Below the pieces are notes generated by a model that saw only the letters and a list, made by a program, of their open reading frames with translations, ran no database searches and was not told the DNA's origin. From an uncultured Spirochaetota bacterium (lineage in GTDB: Bacteria; Spirochaetota; Brevinematia; Brevinematales; JAOACQ01): a DNA stretch of 64,000 bases. Position numbers and translations under genes: made by a program. The DNA lies in the NCBI GenBank assembly GCA_963783575.1, contig CAWAOD010000009.1:160001-224000 (forward strand). Reading direction: 5' to 3'. Below, piece after piece: positions 8,978 through 21,618 of the stretch. Each line of letters starts with the position of its first letter. Position 1 is the stretch's first letter.

Positions 8978-10058
8978 GCAAATATTAAAAAATATAATCC
9001 TGATGGGAATTATCTTTGTATTCCCGATTGCCGGTTACAATATAACAAATAATCAAGGAGAGAACAAAATGTACAATTTGAATCCGGAAATGGAGAAAAT
9101 GCTTTTTTACGGCACTCTTGCGCCAAGTTCTCACAATGCTCAAATGTGGAAAGTCCGGATAACAGGGCCTTTGGAAATAGAGGTTTTTCTAGATACAAAC
9201 CGGCTTCTGCCACAGGTTGATCCAGATAATAGAGAAGCATTCATCTCAATCGGCACATTCCTTGAGAATCTCGGCGAAGCCGCATTTTCCCTGGGTTATC
9301 GCGCAAATATCGATATTCAAGAGCATCCGATGGATGAACGTGCTGCTATCATTCAATTCATTAAAGATGATGCGCTTCCTCCTGACAATTCTTATCTTTC
9401 TAATATTTTGTCCCGCCATACAATCCGGACAGCATATTTGACAAATGAATTGACAATTTCCGAAATAAATTATTTTTTGTCTTCAGACCAATATCATGTT
9501 TTTTACTATTCGTTTAGTTCAGATGAGGGAAAGTACCTTTCACAAAACCTGATTAAAGCCAACCGTCAGCAGATGGCCGATGACAATAAAGAGCTTGAAC
9601 TTTCTGAATGGTTCCGTTTTTCACAAAAGGATATTGATCAGAAAAAAGATGGTATGGTACTGGATATTCAGGGTATCGGCGGCTGGATTGCAGGAATATT
9701 CTTCAATAAAGATACCGTTATGTCAAAGATCTTCCGCGAACAGGGTGTTGAAATGGTTAAAAATGCCGTTGGCAATTGCAGCGGGTATTTGGTTGTCACG
9801 GCTGAAGGCACTTCACCGAAAGACTGGATTTCAGCCGGTATGCTTTCCGAAAAGATTTGGCTGATGGCGGCATCGAAAAAGATCGCAATTCAACCCATGA
9901 GCCAATTGCTTGAAGAAATCCCCTGGAAGCTTGAAATTATGCAGAAAATCGGCTTAAATAAACCGATAGCCATGCTCTTCAGGGTTGGTTATATAAAGGT
10001 TTATGGAAAAGGTTTAACCAGACGACGCGATTTGAAGGATTTTATTATTAATCAGTAA
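8973..10058 (+). CDS. Acg-type FMN-dependent nitroreductase family protein (alternative start at 9069)
   Basis: LAPSSHNAQMW, LPQVDPDNRE, RHTIR, QPMSQLLE and FRVGY motifs; SD AGGAG before 8973 and AAGGAG before 9069. Confidence 0.88.
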   Translation: MMQILKNIILMGIIFVFPIAGYNITNNQGENKMYNLNPEMEKMLFYGTLAPSSHNAQMWKVRITGPLEIEVFLDTNRLLPQVDPDNREAFISIGTFLENLGEAAFSLGYRANIDIQEHPMDERAAIIQFIKDDALPPDNSYLSNILSRHTIRTAYLTNELTISEINYFLSSDQYHVFYYSFSSDEGKYLSQNLIKANRQQMADDNKELELSEWFRFSQKDIDQKKDGMVLDIQGIGGWIAGIFFNKDTVMSKIFREQGVEMVKNAVGNCSGYLVVTAEGTSPKDWISAGMLSEKIWLMAASKKIAIQPMSQLLEEIPWKLEIMQKIGLNKPIAMLFRVGYIKVYGKGLTRRRDLKDFIINQ

Positions 10059-10144
10059 TTCTATCTAAGCCAATTTTTATCTCAAACTAAGTCTTGAACT
10101 CAATACTCAAGGTATAACTCAACCGAAGAAATTTCTAATTATTA

Positions 10145-10199
10145 TTGACAAACTGTCATCTTATATGTTATACTTATTATAGACTGACAGTCGGTCTAT
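10145..10199 (+). promoter_or_regulatory. Promoter and palindromic TetR operator
   Basis: TTGACA...TATACT followed by the imperfect palindrome ATAGACTGACAGTCGGTCTAT (10179-10199). Confidence 0.7.
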
Positions 10200-10219
10200 A
10201 ATATAAGAGGTAAACTGAA

Positions 10220-10885
10220 TTGACAAGAATATTAAAGGAACCGGAAGAAAGACGGACGGAAATCCTTGATTCAGCCGAGGAATTATTCCAGATTAAAGGT
10301 TATGAAGCAGCCACAACGGGCGATATTATAAAAAAAGCCGGAATCGCACGCGGCACTTTATATTATTATTTCAAATCCAAAGACGAGATTATGGATGCGG
10401 TGATTGAAAGAAGAATTGAACGGCAGATTCAGAATTTGAAGACAATTATCAACGGACAAAAAATAAACGCTCTTGAAAAGATCAAAAAAGTCCTTTATCA
10501 AAACAGTATAATAAACAATGAAAACGAGGAAATGCTGGATTATCTCCACCAGCCAGAAAACAGCGCCATGCATCAAAAAACACTTGTTGCAGCTGTCAGA
10601 AATTCCGCGCCGGTTCTTGCGGAGATAATAAACCAGGGGAATTCCGAAAAAATATTTCAAGCCGGGTATCCGCTTGAACTGGCTGAGTTTTTACTGGCGG
10701 GGATGAATTTTCTGTTCGATCCTTCAATTTTTCAATGGAGCCGGGAAGAATACATAAAAAGAATGCACACTCTTGCGGATATTCTGGAAAAGGTTCTGGG
10801 GGCGGAAAAAGGCAGCTTTGATTTTATGAAATCATTTGCTGAAAAAGAAGGCTCACAATACAGGAATAAAAAGGAAAGGGACTAA
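10220..10885 (+). CDS. TetR/AcrR family regulator
   Basis: HTH AGIARGTLYYYFKSKDEIM; paralog of 1601-2236 (KxPEERRxEILD N-terminus). Confidence 0.95.
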   Translation: MTRILKEPEERRTEILDSAEELFQIKGYEAATTGDIIKKAGIARGTLYYYFKSKDEIMDAVIERRIERQIQNLKTIINGQKINALEKIKKVLYQNSIINNENEEMLDYLHQPENSAMHQKTLVAAVRNSAPVLAEIINQGNSEKIFQAGYPLELAEFLLAGMNFLFDPSIFQWSREEYIKRMHTLADILEKVLGAEKGSFDFMKSFAEKEGSQYRNKKERD

Positions 10886-10909
10886 TAAAATCGTGTAAGG
10901 AGTTTTGAT

Positions 10910-11680
10910 ATGTTCGAAATTCTTAGACAGTTGTTAATGAATCCGGAAACCAAAGAATCTCCGGACTATCTTGAAAAAGATGGGAAAGAATGGTTTCAGG
11001 ATAAAAACGGAACAGTTTTTCCGGTAGAAGACGGAATCGTTCGCTTTCTGTCCGGAAAAGAATTATCCGGAAATAATAAGAATTTTCAGAAAATGTATGA
11101 TGGATTTTCAGGGCTTTATGATGGATTCACACGGTTTTTTGCCTTAATAAGCGGCGGCGAGAAACAAAGACTTATGGAATATCTTTCGGAACTGGAAATA
11201 AAAGACGGCGATAAAGTAATTGAAATATCCATAGGTACCGGGCGAAATATTAAATATTTGAACCCAAAGGCAGAATATTTTGGCGCTGACATTTCTTTAG
11301 GGATGCTTAAAAAGTGCAGAAAAAATATGTTAAAAATAAACCGCAATATCGGACTTATTCAGGCGGAAGCGGAAAACCTTCATCTCCGGGACAATTCTTT
11401 CAATGTTGTTTTTTCAGCCGGAGGATTCAATTATTTTAACGACAGGGAAAAGGCGGTCCTGGAAATGCTGCGGATTGCAAAACCCGGGACAAAATTGATG
11501 ATTTCCGATGAGCCTGAAAAAATTATGAAATCATTCGAAAAAATCCCTTTTGCCGGGAAAAACTTTAAGCTTGATGATTCAAAAAAACCTGAGGATTTTA
11601 TCCCGGAATATTGCCGGGATGTACAATACAGGGAAATCTGCAAAGGCGCGTTGTATGTTTTAACATTCATCAAGCCATAA
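10910..11680 (+). CDS. Class I SAM-dependent methyltransferase (UbiE-like) with Trm112-like N-terminus
   Basis: VIEISIGTG, GADISLGML and EMLRIAKPG motifs; N-terminal LMNPETK...FPVEDGIVRF. Confidence 0.88.
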   Translation: MFEILRQLLMNPETKESPDYLEKDGKEWFQDKNGTVFPVEDGIVRFLSGKELSGNNKNFQKMYDGFSGLYDGFTRFFALISGGEKQRLMEYLSELEIKDGDKVIEISIGTGRNIKYLNPKAEYFGADISLGMLKKCRKNMLKINRNIGLIQAEAENLHLRDNSFNVVFSAGGFNYFNDREKAVLEMLRIAKPGTKLMISDEPEKIMKSFEKIPFAGKNFKLDDSKKPEDFIPEYCRDVQYREICKGALYVLTFIKP

Positions 11681-11887
11681 TACTGTCAAACTATAATACA
11701 AATTAATAATTGACAAAGATACTATATCAAGAATAGGAAAATTATATGAAAGTACTGGTCGTTGGTGCTGGTGTAATAGGTTCAATCTACGGATGGGCAC
11801 TTTCAGAAGCCGGTCATTCCGTAACACATTTAGTGCGCCCGGGTAGATCTAAGTTATTTACAAATGGTATTTCAATTGATATGATGG

Positions 11888-13903
<2,016 letters not shown>

Positions 13904-14881
13904 ACAGGCGGAAAGGCCATAAAAAATGGTTTACAGGGAATTACAATATCCGGTTAATGGAAAATCTTAATTCAAAAAATGATTATGAATTAGTGATTGT
14001 CCCGGTTAGACATTATTCAATTGAAGATGTTTTGAAACAAATAGTTCCGCTGATTCCAAACACAGGTTATCTATTATTAACTCAAAATTGGAAAGGCAGT
14101 TCCGAAATAGATAAATTTTTACCGGCAGATAAATATATTTTTGGTGATGCTAAAGCCGGTGGCTCTTTCCGGAACAATAAATTAATTGCAACAATTTATG
14201 CGATTGATATTGGCAGTATTGATAACAATGAAAACAATTGTTTAAGAAAAGCATATGATTTGTTTTTATCCGCAGATATAAAGACGACTATACAGGATAA
14301 TATATTACATTATCTTTGGGTTCAATATGCAATTAATGGAGGAGAGTGGCCGGCACTTGTAAAGGAAGGCAGCATAAAAGCGCTATTAAAGAATCCTCAA
14401 CTTGTAAAAGCCTCAATTTTAGCTGTGAGAGAATGTCTTACAGTTGCAAAATCCCGAAAGGTTGATCTAAATAAATATAATGAAACAGATTTTTATTTAA
14501 CTAATTCAATTATTAAACAAGTCATCGTGACAATAGCAATGAAAATCATATTTCGTTACAGCAAATATATTCAAAGAAATTCTGCACATGCTATGGCTGA
14601 TCCCAGGGAAATAAAGACTTTCTATTATGATTTGATTAAGACAGGAGATGATCTTGGAATAAATATGCCGGTTATGAAAAGTTTTAAAGAAGTTATTGAT
14701 AATTTAAAATCAACATAACCTGGTTCTCCCTCATAACAAACTGTCTTCGAATAAAAAATAAAAATTTTATCCGGTAGAAAATGGTATCATCCTTTTTCTG
14801 TCATGAACCAAATTATACCGTCAAAATAATTGTATTGATTTTAGATAATATCAAAAGTTTTATGAACCATAAGGAGATTAT

Positions 14882-15825
14882 ATGAAAGTTCTCATTGTCG
14901 GCAAGGGAATAATAGGAACAATTTACGGCTGGGCACTCCATAAGGCCGGGGTTGATATTACTCATTTTGTCAGAAAAGGCAAAGCTGAGCAATTTAAAGA
15001 AGGTATGAAAATAGACATCCTTGATGAAAGAAAAGGCTATCCGAAATATCAAAAGACAGTTTACCCGGCCCGCTGTATCGAAACTATTGAAATCCCCGGA
15101 CAATATGACCTGGTTTTTGTTCCGGTTAATGCCTATCAGGCCGAAGACGCTCTTAAAGAAACCTCGGAACTATGTCAAGATGCCTTCTTTTTTATTATGA
15201 CTTCCAATTGGACAGGTGCAGAGAAATTCAACAGAATCCCTGGAAATGGCAGGTATATTCTTGGTTACCCCGATGCGGGAGGCGCTATCCGGGACGGAGT
15301 TTATTGGACGAACATCGGCCCGGAAATCCACATCGCAAAACCGGAACCGCAAAACAAAGAGGGCGTAGAACAAATAGCCGCATTATTTCAAAAAGCAAAT
15401 ATAAAACCCGACTGGCAGGACAATATGCTTCACTGGCTCTGGGTTCACAATGCATCGTCTCAAGCGATCTGGGCGGCATTTACAAAATACAAAAACCGTG
15501 ACCGTTTTCTTGAAGACAAAAACTTGCTTAAGAAATCTTTCCTGGCAACACGGGAATTGCTTAAGCTTTGTGAAAAAAGGGGAGTTATTTTGAAAAACTA
15601 TCCGGATGTTTCGATGCTTCTGCATTTACCGCTATGGCTTATCATTTCATTTTTGTAAGAAACTTCCTCACCAATGAAAGCATGCAGAGATACACAAGCC
15701 ATGCCGAGAATGCCCCGGTTGAGGATTTAAATAAATTCTACACGGAGATGATTCAAACCGCTGAAGAACTGCATGTCAATATGCCGGTATTTCTCGAAAT
15801 CGGGAAAAATGGCGGATTTATATGA
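14882..15825 (+). CDS. Ketopantoate reductase family protein, frameshifted in a T-run near 15652
   Basis: MKVLIVGKGIIG Rossmann start; WLWVHNA; adding one T (TCA TTT TTT GTA AGA) joins ORF 15634-15825, whose end resembles the upstream paralog (HA...FY..MI.T..EL..NMP). Confidence 0.85.
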
Positions 15826-16097
15826 AATAGGCTAGTCTTGTAAAATAGTTACAAAAATTAATTACAGAGAGTATATATTTTATTGTTTAAGAATTCTCTA
15901 TTGATTTTTTTCATAGATTGAATTAAAATCTCAGATATTATGTTATATAACATATTAATATGAAATAATTTTAATCTTCGATGAAATACCGAATGAACTT
16001 AAAAGTTCTGGTATTATTGTCTCTCCTTTCCCTTTAATTTTAGATACTTGTTTTGAATATATGAAATTAAATCATACTTTTTCGTAGGAGGTATTAT

Positions 16098-16445
16098 ATG
16101 AGTGATAGAGTAAAATGGGAGGTTTTTAATGGCGTAAAATATTTGTTTACAGATTATTCTGCTTTAGAAAAAGAGGGTATTTCCAAAATAATGGAAGAAG
16201 CTGAATCAGAAATAATAAAACAGCCTATTAACTCCGTTCGGATAATAAGTCTTGTTAATAATTCTTTTTTTAATGATGAAATTAAGAATTTAGCAAGTAA
16301 ATATGCCCAAAAAATAAAACCATATATATTTAAAACAGCAGCAGTAGGTTTTACCGGCTTTAAGACAATAATACTAAAAGTAATAAGTCCAGCGGCAAAA
16401 ACATTTGTGACTCTCGATGATGCAAAAAAATGGATTACAGAATAA
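16098..16445 (+). CDS. Small hypothetical protein, STAS/SpoIIAA-like
   Basis: GGAGG RBS; KTAAVGFTGFKTII...TFVTLDDAKKWI pattern. Confidence 0.6.
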   Translation: MSDRVKWEVFNGVKYLFTDYSALEKEGISKIMEEAESEIIKQPINSVRIISLVNNSFFNDEIKNLASKYAQKIKPYIFKTAAVGFTGFKTIILKVISPAAKTFVTLDDAKKWITE

Positions 16446-16460
16446 CAACTATTGAGAATA

Positions 16461-16822
16461 ATGGGGGCTTATGTAGACCTGGTTAAAGCCATTGGTGAAG
16501 TTTATACAGAAGGGAAGAAACAATAGATATATACCTAATTTACTCGATTAATAAATAATGTAATGACCGGAATAGCAGATTTCCATATTCCTATTTCCGA
16601 AGATCCAAGTGTCCCTGTTTAAAATTTAAAACAATTCACAGGTCTTTAATGAAAGAATTTAATGATGCGATTATGATACAGAAGGGATCTAATGGTAATA
16701 AAGTCGATAAAATTCTTTCTGAATCTATAATAAAATTAAAAAAATCAGGAAAACTCCAGGTATTATTTTCAAAAATTCACAAGCCTTATGACAATTGGCA
16801 GCCATCTGAAATGGGTTGGTAA
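16461..16822 (+). pseudogene. Decayed, internally deleted family-3 solute-binding protein gene
   Basis: Fragments GAYVDLVKAIGEVYTEG, TRLINNVMTGIADFHIP and ILSESIIKLKKSGKLQVLFSKIHKPYDNWQP separated by stops and frameshifts. Confidence 0.55.
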
Positions 16823-17342
16823 TATCTGATATGGGATTTAATATTATCAGTTAGAAACCCCATAGATAATTTTCACCGTCTTGAGTAAGAATAACGCAAT
16901 CGTCAGCCCTCTTTGTAACGAATCCTTTTGATACAAGTGAATCCAGAATATTCTTCAATTCACTGTAATTTCCGGAACTCATAAATTTTTAATATTTGTA
17001 TCAACAAAGACGGACTGAATCATGACACAATCATCGGTAACTACTCTATAATGCCGGAATATTTCCATAAACTCTTTTTCACCGCTGGATAAACTATACG
17101 CCATATTTCCCCCAAAATTTCATTTATTGATAATTGGTTATTAAATCTATATTTATTTTCTGAAATATTTATTTCACTCCAGCCATATGACCAGATGTAA
17201 AATATTAATAAAAACCATGACAATAAAAGACTTTTTTTGAGAAACCATAAATATATCTCCTCAAATTTATATTCAAAAAGGATAGTTTATTTAATTAAAT
17301 TTTATCCGCTGAGCATATTTTTGTCAAAAGCATATTAATTTT

Positions 17343-17371
17343 TTGACAAATAATTTTTAGTTATATAGAAT
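17343..17371 (+). promoter_or_regulatory. Sigma70 promoter of the asd leader
   Basis: TTGACA-17 bp-TAGAAT. Confidence 0.7.
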
Positions 17372-17401
17372 TTATTAAATCAAATTTTAAGGATTTTATA
17401 T

Positions 17402-17506
17402 ATGTTCATTGCGGATAGACTTGAAACCATAACAGCTACATTGAAGCAGACATTCAAGTGTCAATTTAAATGGTGCAGCCTGTTTGCAGTGCATTATATT
17501 TTATGA
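17402..17506 (+). CDS. Putative leader peptide (34 aa) upstream of asd
   Basis: AAGGA RBS; MFIADRLETITATLKQTFKCQFKWCSLFAVHYIL; lies between the promoter and a terminator. Confidence 0.5.
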   Translation: MFIADRLETITATLKQTFKCQFKWCSLFAVHYIL

Positions 17507-17525
17507 TAAACATATAAAATATGAT

Positions 17526-17586
17526 AAAAAGCCCGCAGGTTGAGTCTGCATAAAGCAGATGACGCCCGCGGGCTTTTTTTGTTTTT
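17526..17586 (+). terminator. Intrinsic terminator in the asd 5' leader (attenuator)
   Basis: AAAAAGCCCGC...GCGGGCTTTTTTTGTTTTT with an inner GTCTGC/GCAGAT stem, just before the asd RBS. Confidence 0.8.
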
Positions 17587-17607
17587 ATTCAAATAAAGGA
17601 GGAATTT

Positions 17608-18681
17608 ATGGGATTAAAAGTTGGCTTAGTCGGTGTCGGCCCTGTCGGCGACATGATTGTACGGGTGCTGAAAGAAAGAAGCTTCCCGGTAGACGGAGAT
17701 CTTGTTGTTATGGCCACAAGTGAAAGGGATGAGATTCTTTCGGGTGAAAATTACCATGTCCTAAAAATCAAAGCGGATTTATTTAAAGGATTGGATCTGG
17801 TATTTTTCGCAGGGAAGGAAGGCGCCAAAGGCGCCAGCGTAGTGTGGAGTAAAACTGCGGTCAATTCCGGATGTACGGTAATCGATAACGGAGGCGATTT
17901 CAGAATGTTTCCGGGTTATCCGCTGGTCATTCCCGAAGTGAATATGGATGCCATAACCGCGGAAACCAGGCACATCTGCAATCCGAACTGCTCAACCATC
18001 CAGCTGGCGGTCGCTTTAGCCCCTCTTCACAGGGCTTCCAGGCTTTTCAGGATTGTTGTTTCAACTTATCAATCGGTCAGCGGCTGGGGCGGAAACGCAA
18101 TGGAAGAGCTGATAAAACAAACCGGGCAGGTTCTGGCGGGGAAAGAACCAAAGTATGACCCTTCCATTTTTAATCATCCTATAGCTTTCGACTGTATCCC
18201 GCAGGTCGATAAGTTTCTGGAAAATGGCTATAATAAAGAAGAAATGAAAATGGTCAATGAAACCAGGAAGATCCTAAATGAACCGAACCTTCTGATCAGT
18301 GCTACTACCGTCAGAGTACCGGTGCTAGTCGGCCATGGAGAATCGGTCAATGCAGAATTCATGGGGGAGATGACCGCGCAGAAGGCAATGTATATTCTTG
18401 CCGATAAAAAACAATCCCCCGGTGTAGTTTTAATCGACGGAATTACCGGAGACCCCGATGCCGTTCAAATCCGCAAAGATCCGCTGGAAAGGAGATATCC
18501 TATAACCAGGGACTTGCTGTCGGATGAATACAAGGACGCCGTTTTAGTGGGCCGCGTCCGGAATGATACGACCAGGGCTAATACCATTAATTTCTGGTGC
18601 GTATCCGACAACCTGAGAAAAGGTGCGGCGACAAACGCAATTCAGATAGCGGAAGGAATGCTGGAAAGAGGGATTTTATAA
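17608..18681 (+). CDS. asd: Aspartate-semialdehyde dehydrogenase
   Basis: PLVIPEVN, NPNCSTIQ, STYQSVSG, RVPVLVGHGESV and DNLRKGAATNAIQIAE motifs. Confidence 0.97.
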   Translation: MGLKVGLVGVGPVGDMIVRVLKERSFPVDGDLVVMATSERDEILSGENYHVLKIKADLFKGLDLVFFAGKEGAKGASVVWSKTAVNSGCTVIDNGGDFRMFPGYPLVIPEVNMDAITAETRHICNPNCSTIQLAVALAPLHRASRLFRIVVSTYQSVSGWGGNAMEELIKQTGQVLAGKEPKYDPSIFNHPIAFDCIPQVDKFLENGYNKEEMKMVNETRKILNEPNLLISATTVRVPVLVGHGESVNAEFMGEMTAQKAMYILADKKQSPGVVLIDGITGDPDAVQIRKDPLERRYPITRDLLSDEYKDAVLVGRVRNDTTRANTINFWCVSDNLRKGAATNAIQIAEGMLERGIL

Positions 18682-18715
18682 TAAATTCTTGGATCAAGAA
18701 GTGTAATAAACAATT

Positions 18716-19193
18716 CATCAAACAGTTTATGCTGTTGCCGTAAAGCCACTACAATGTGGCTTTCGCACCTTCGCATTAACGCCATTTCATGTCAAGCAGT
18801 CTTTAAGTACTGAAGTGTTGTTATTCCAATGTATTTAACGATTAATTTAAAGAAAAGAGCCTCACTTTGCAATCCTGCTGCGTTCGGGTCGCAGCCCTCC
18901 CTGGCTGCGAAATTATAATTGTTCAGATTATTTTCAAAGGGGAATAATAACGATTTTTTAATACCAAGATTCCTTTAAAATCAAATAAAGGCTCAATCAG
19001 AAATGGCGCTAATGCTGCGGGGTGCGATTAAGCAGGCTGGTTACAGATTGGATGGATTGTTTTAAAAACCAAATGTTAAAAAGCCAGATTGACAAGCAAT
19101 ATTTATAAATGTTATAATGGAATTATTTCAGTCCGTTGGTTGGTAAGACTATAAAAGAAATCCTGAAATTCGCTGTATATTTGGGTTATATGC
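18716..19193. repeat. Long imperfect hairpin ending in an attC-like R' box
   Basis: TCGCACCTTCGCATTAACGCCATTTC (~18763-18788) pairs with GAAATGGCGCTAATGCTGCGGGGTGCGA (~19001-19028); inner TCGCAGCC/GGCTGCGA hairpin; ends GTTATATGC (19185-19193). Confidence 0.5.
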
Positions 19194-19245
19194 AAAGTTC
19201 TTTATTTCAAGTTAAAAGCCATTACTTACCGCAAGGAGTTATTGA

Positions 19246-20139
19246 ATGGGGAAAAAATTAACTGTATATTTAATTGATGGGAATGATAATGGTCCGAGAA
19301 CAATTGAAATTGGTAATTGGTCAGGTAAAGCCATTTTTTCACCAAGAGCAAGTTTAATAAATTTGATGAATCGACCAGAATTTGATAAACCTGGTATATA
19401 TGTCCTAAAATCTGATCCAACAGAAGATGCTTATGATGAAAAAATTTATATAGGAGAAGCAGAAAAAGTTGGTCAAAGACTAAAACAACATATCAATAAT
19501 CCAGATAAAGATTTTAAAGAATGTATTTTTTTTACGAGTAAAGATGAACTACTTACTAAGTCACATATAAAATATATCGAATCAAGATTAGTAAATTTGG
19601 CATTTGAGGCTAAAAATTCACAAATAGATAATGGTAATATACCCACAGAATCATCATTATCCGAAGCAGATGTATCAGATATGGAATATTTTATAGACCA
19701 AATAAAATTGATACTTCCAGTTGCAGGTTTTACATTTTTGATATCTAGTACTGTTACAAAAGATAGTAAATATAGGATTGATAAAGACAAGATAACTTCT
19801 GAAATATATTACATTAATAGTAAAGGAATTCAAGCAAAAATGATTGAATCAAGCGAAGGCTTTATTATTTTGCAAGACTCTCAGGCATTTAGAGAAACAT
19901 CAAAATCTATGATGAAATCTTGGGTAAAATTAAGAAAAAAATTTATCGATACAGGAATTTTAATTGAGAATAATGACAATTATATTTTTAAAGAAGATAC
20001 AATATTTTCAAGTTTAAGTGCAGCTGCTTCAATTGTTATGGGAAGACAAGTAGCAGGAACAATTGAATGGAAAGATAAAAGTGGAAAATCTTATAAGGAA
20101 ATAAATGAATCAATTATTTTTGGACAAAATGGCAAGTAA
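19246..20139 (+). CDS. GIY-YIG nuclease family protein with DUF4357-like C-terminus
   Basis: PGIYVL...IYIGEAEKVGQRLKQH; FSSLSAAASIVMGR...EWKD. Confidence 0.9.
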   Translation: MGKKLTVYLIDGNDNGPRTIEIGNWSGKAIFSPRASLINLMNRPEFDKPGIYVLKSDPTEDAYDEKIYIGEAEKVGQRLKQHINNPDKDFKECIFFTSKDELLTKSHIKYIESRLVNLAFEAKNSQIDNGNIPTESSLSEADVSDMEYFIDQIKLILPVAGFTFLISSTVTKDSKYRIDKDKITSEIYYINSKGIQAKMIESSEGFIILQDSQAFRETSKSMMKSWVKLRKKFIDTGILIENNDNYIFKEDTIFSSLSAAASIVMGRQVAGTIEWKDKSGKSYKEINESIIFGQNGK

Positions 20140-20142
20140 CGG

Positions 20143-20375
20143 TAATTAACAGCGTCCATAGCATTACAGTACTCACCATCATCTCGATCGCTTAGGTTGT
20201 GTTCCTCAGGTTCGCCCGTTTTTGCTTTTTCTAAAAAAGATAAAGGAGTTCAACTTGACTATGATAATAAAGAAGTCATTGTTAACGGGCTCACCACATC
20301 TGCAAACCTAAGCGCGCGGGGCTGGCGCTAAGGCTTGGAAGCATTGTATAGCCACACAATTGTGCGATATATTAT
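20143..20375. repeat. Second long hairpin between cassette-like genes (attC-like)
   Basis: Begins TAACAGCG right after the stop; CGCTTAGGTT (20189-20198)/AACCTAAGCG (20305-20314) and GCCCGTT/AACGGGC arms. Confidence 0.5.
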
Positions 20376-20472
20376 GGGGATTCAGATTTTTGTTAAAAAA
20401 TATTTAGAGATTTTCCAACCTTTTTAAGAACTTCTCTTACTAAATATATAAACAAAATTTATGGAGGAAGTT

Positions 20473-21120
20473 ATGAACCCGTTATCTGAAGTATTAAATA
20501 GTAAAAGGGCCAATGATAATAGAGGCATTCAAAAAGCTTTGAGACGTCTTGATGTTCATATTCTTGCACTAAGCTTATTGGATATTGATAACAATAAACG
20601 GGAAATACTTTATCGTAATACAACTAAACGAGTTGCTGCAATGATTGAAAAAGAAGTAGAAACACTATCAATTAACTTAAAAAATGATTATATCGGAATT
20701 GAAAAGATAAGCATTTCAGAAGCACAAGAAATGGTAACTGAAATGATTATTAAATGGACACAGGAATTGAATGAACCAATAGTTTATCAAAAAGATTTTC
20801 CTGCTGTTAATTTAAATACATATGATGATTTAATAAAAACATTTGCAAATATTAATGATTATGCAAGCAAATATGGCTTGATGTCTATTGAAGGAATTGA
20901 AAATTCTACAGATAATGAATTGTTTAAAAAAGGCATTGAGTTGATATTAGACGGCTATGATCCTTTACTGCTTGATGAAATATTGGAAAACTATATTAAA
21001 TCTTTAATGAGTAAATATTTAACAGAATTAAATATGATTTCAAGTGCTATAAAAAGTATTCAAATGGCTTTACCAACTGACATTATGATTGAAAAACTCA
21101 ATTCTCTAAAGAATCAATAA
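20473..21120 (+). CDS. FliG C-terminal-like domain fused to a MotA cytoplasmic-domain-like region
   Basis: IQKALRRLD..ILALSL...YRNTTKRVAAMIEKEV...EAQ (FliG-C-like); YGLMSIE...NELFKKGIELILDGYDP..LDEILE (MotA-like); GGAGG RBS; no TM helix. Confidence 0.7.
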   Translation: MNPLSEVLNSKRANDNRGIQKALRRLDVHILALSLLDIDNNKREILYRNTTKRVAAMIEKEVETLSINLKNDYIGIEKISISEAQEMVTEMIIKWTQELNEPIVYQKDFPAVNLNTYDDLIKTFANINDYASKYGLMSIEGIENSTDNELFKKGIELILDGYDPLLLDEILENYIKSLMSKYLTELNMISSAIKSIQMALPTDIMIEKLNSLKNQ

Positions 21121-21123
21121 CTC

Positions 21124-21618
21124 ATGATAAGTGATAATGAATTTTATAATATTATTAATCAATATGAAGATAAAATTAGATATTTTTATCTGTCAAAAGT
21201 AGATAAACGTGATGATATTGATGATTTGGTCCAGGAGTCACTGTATCAGATAATAAAATCATTACCAAATTTTGGCCACAAATCTAACTTATCTACCTGG
21301 ATTTACAGTATTTGTAGAAATACGTTATACAATTATTATTATCAAAAGAGAAAAATTAATAATATCAAAATTAAACAAAACTATAATTCTTTAAATGAAG
21401 AATTTGAAAAAATAGATTTCAAGATAATTATAGAAAAATTGGAGAAACCATTAAATACAATATATGATTTATATTATAAAAAGAATTATAAAATCAAAGA
21501 AATAGCAGAATTGTTGGACAAACCAGAAGGTACGATTAAATATTTATTGTATAATTTGAAGATAAAAATAAGAGAATACTATTTTGACACTACAGAATCC
21601 GCAAAAAACATCATATAA
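21124..21618 (+). CDS. ECF (sigma70 group 4) RNA polymerase sigma factor
   Basis: DIDDLVQE, STWIYSICRN and YKIKEIAELLDKPEGTIK motifs. Confidence 0.9.
   Translation: MISDNEFYNIINQYEDKIRYFYLSKVDKRDDIDDLVQESLYQIIKSLPNFGHKSNLSTWIYSICRNTLYNYYYQKRKINNIKIKQNYNSLNEEFEKIDFKIIIEKLEKPLNTIYDLYYKKNYKIKEIAELLDKPEGTIKYLLYNLKIKIREYYFDTTESAKNII

Noticed and set aside
16850..17250. Minus-strand gene remnant with GAGGAG RBS
   Set aside because: Multiple stops and frame changes with no recognisable family; cannot support a call
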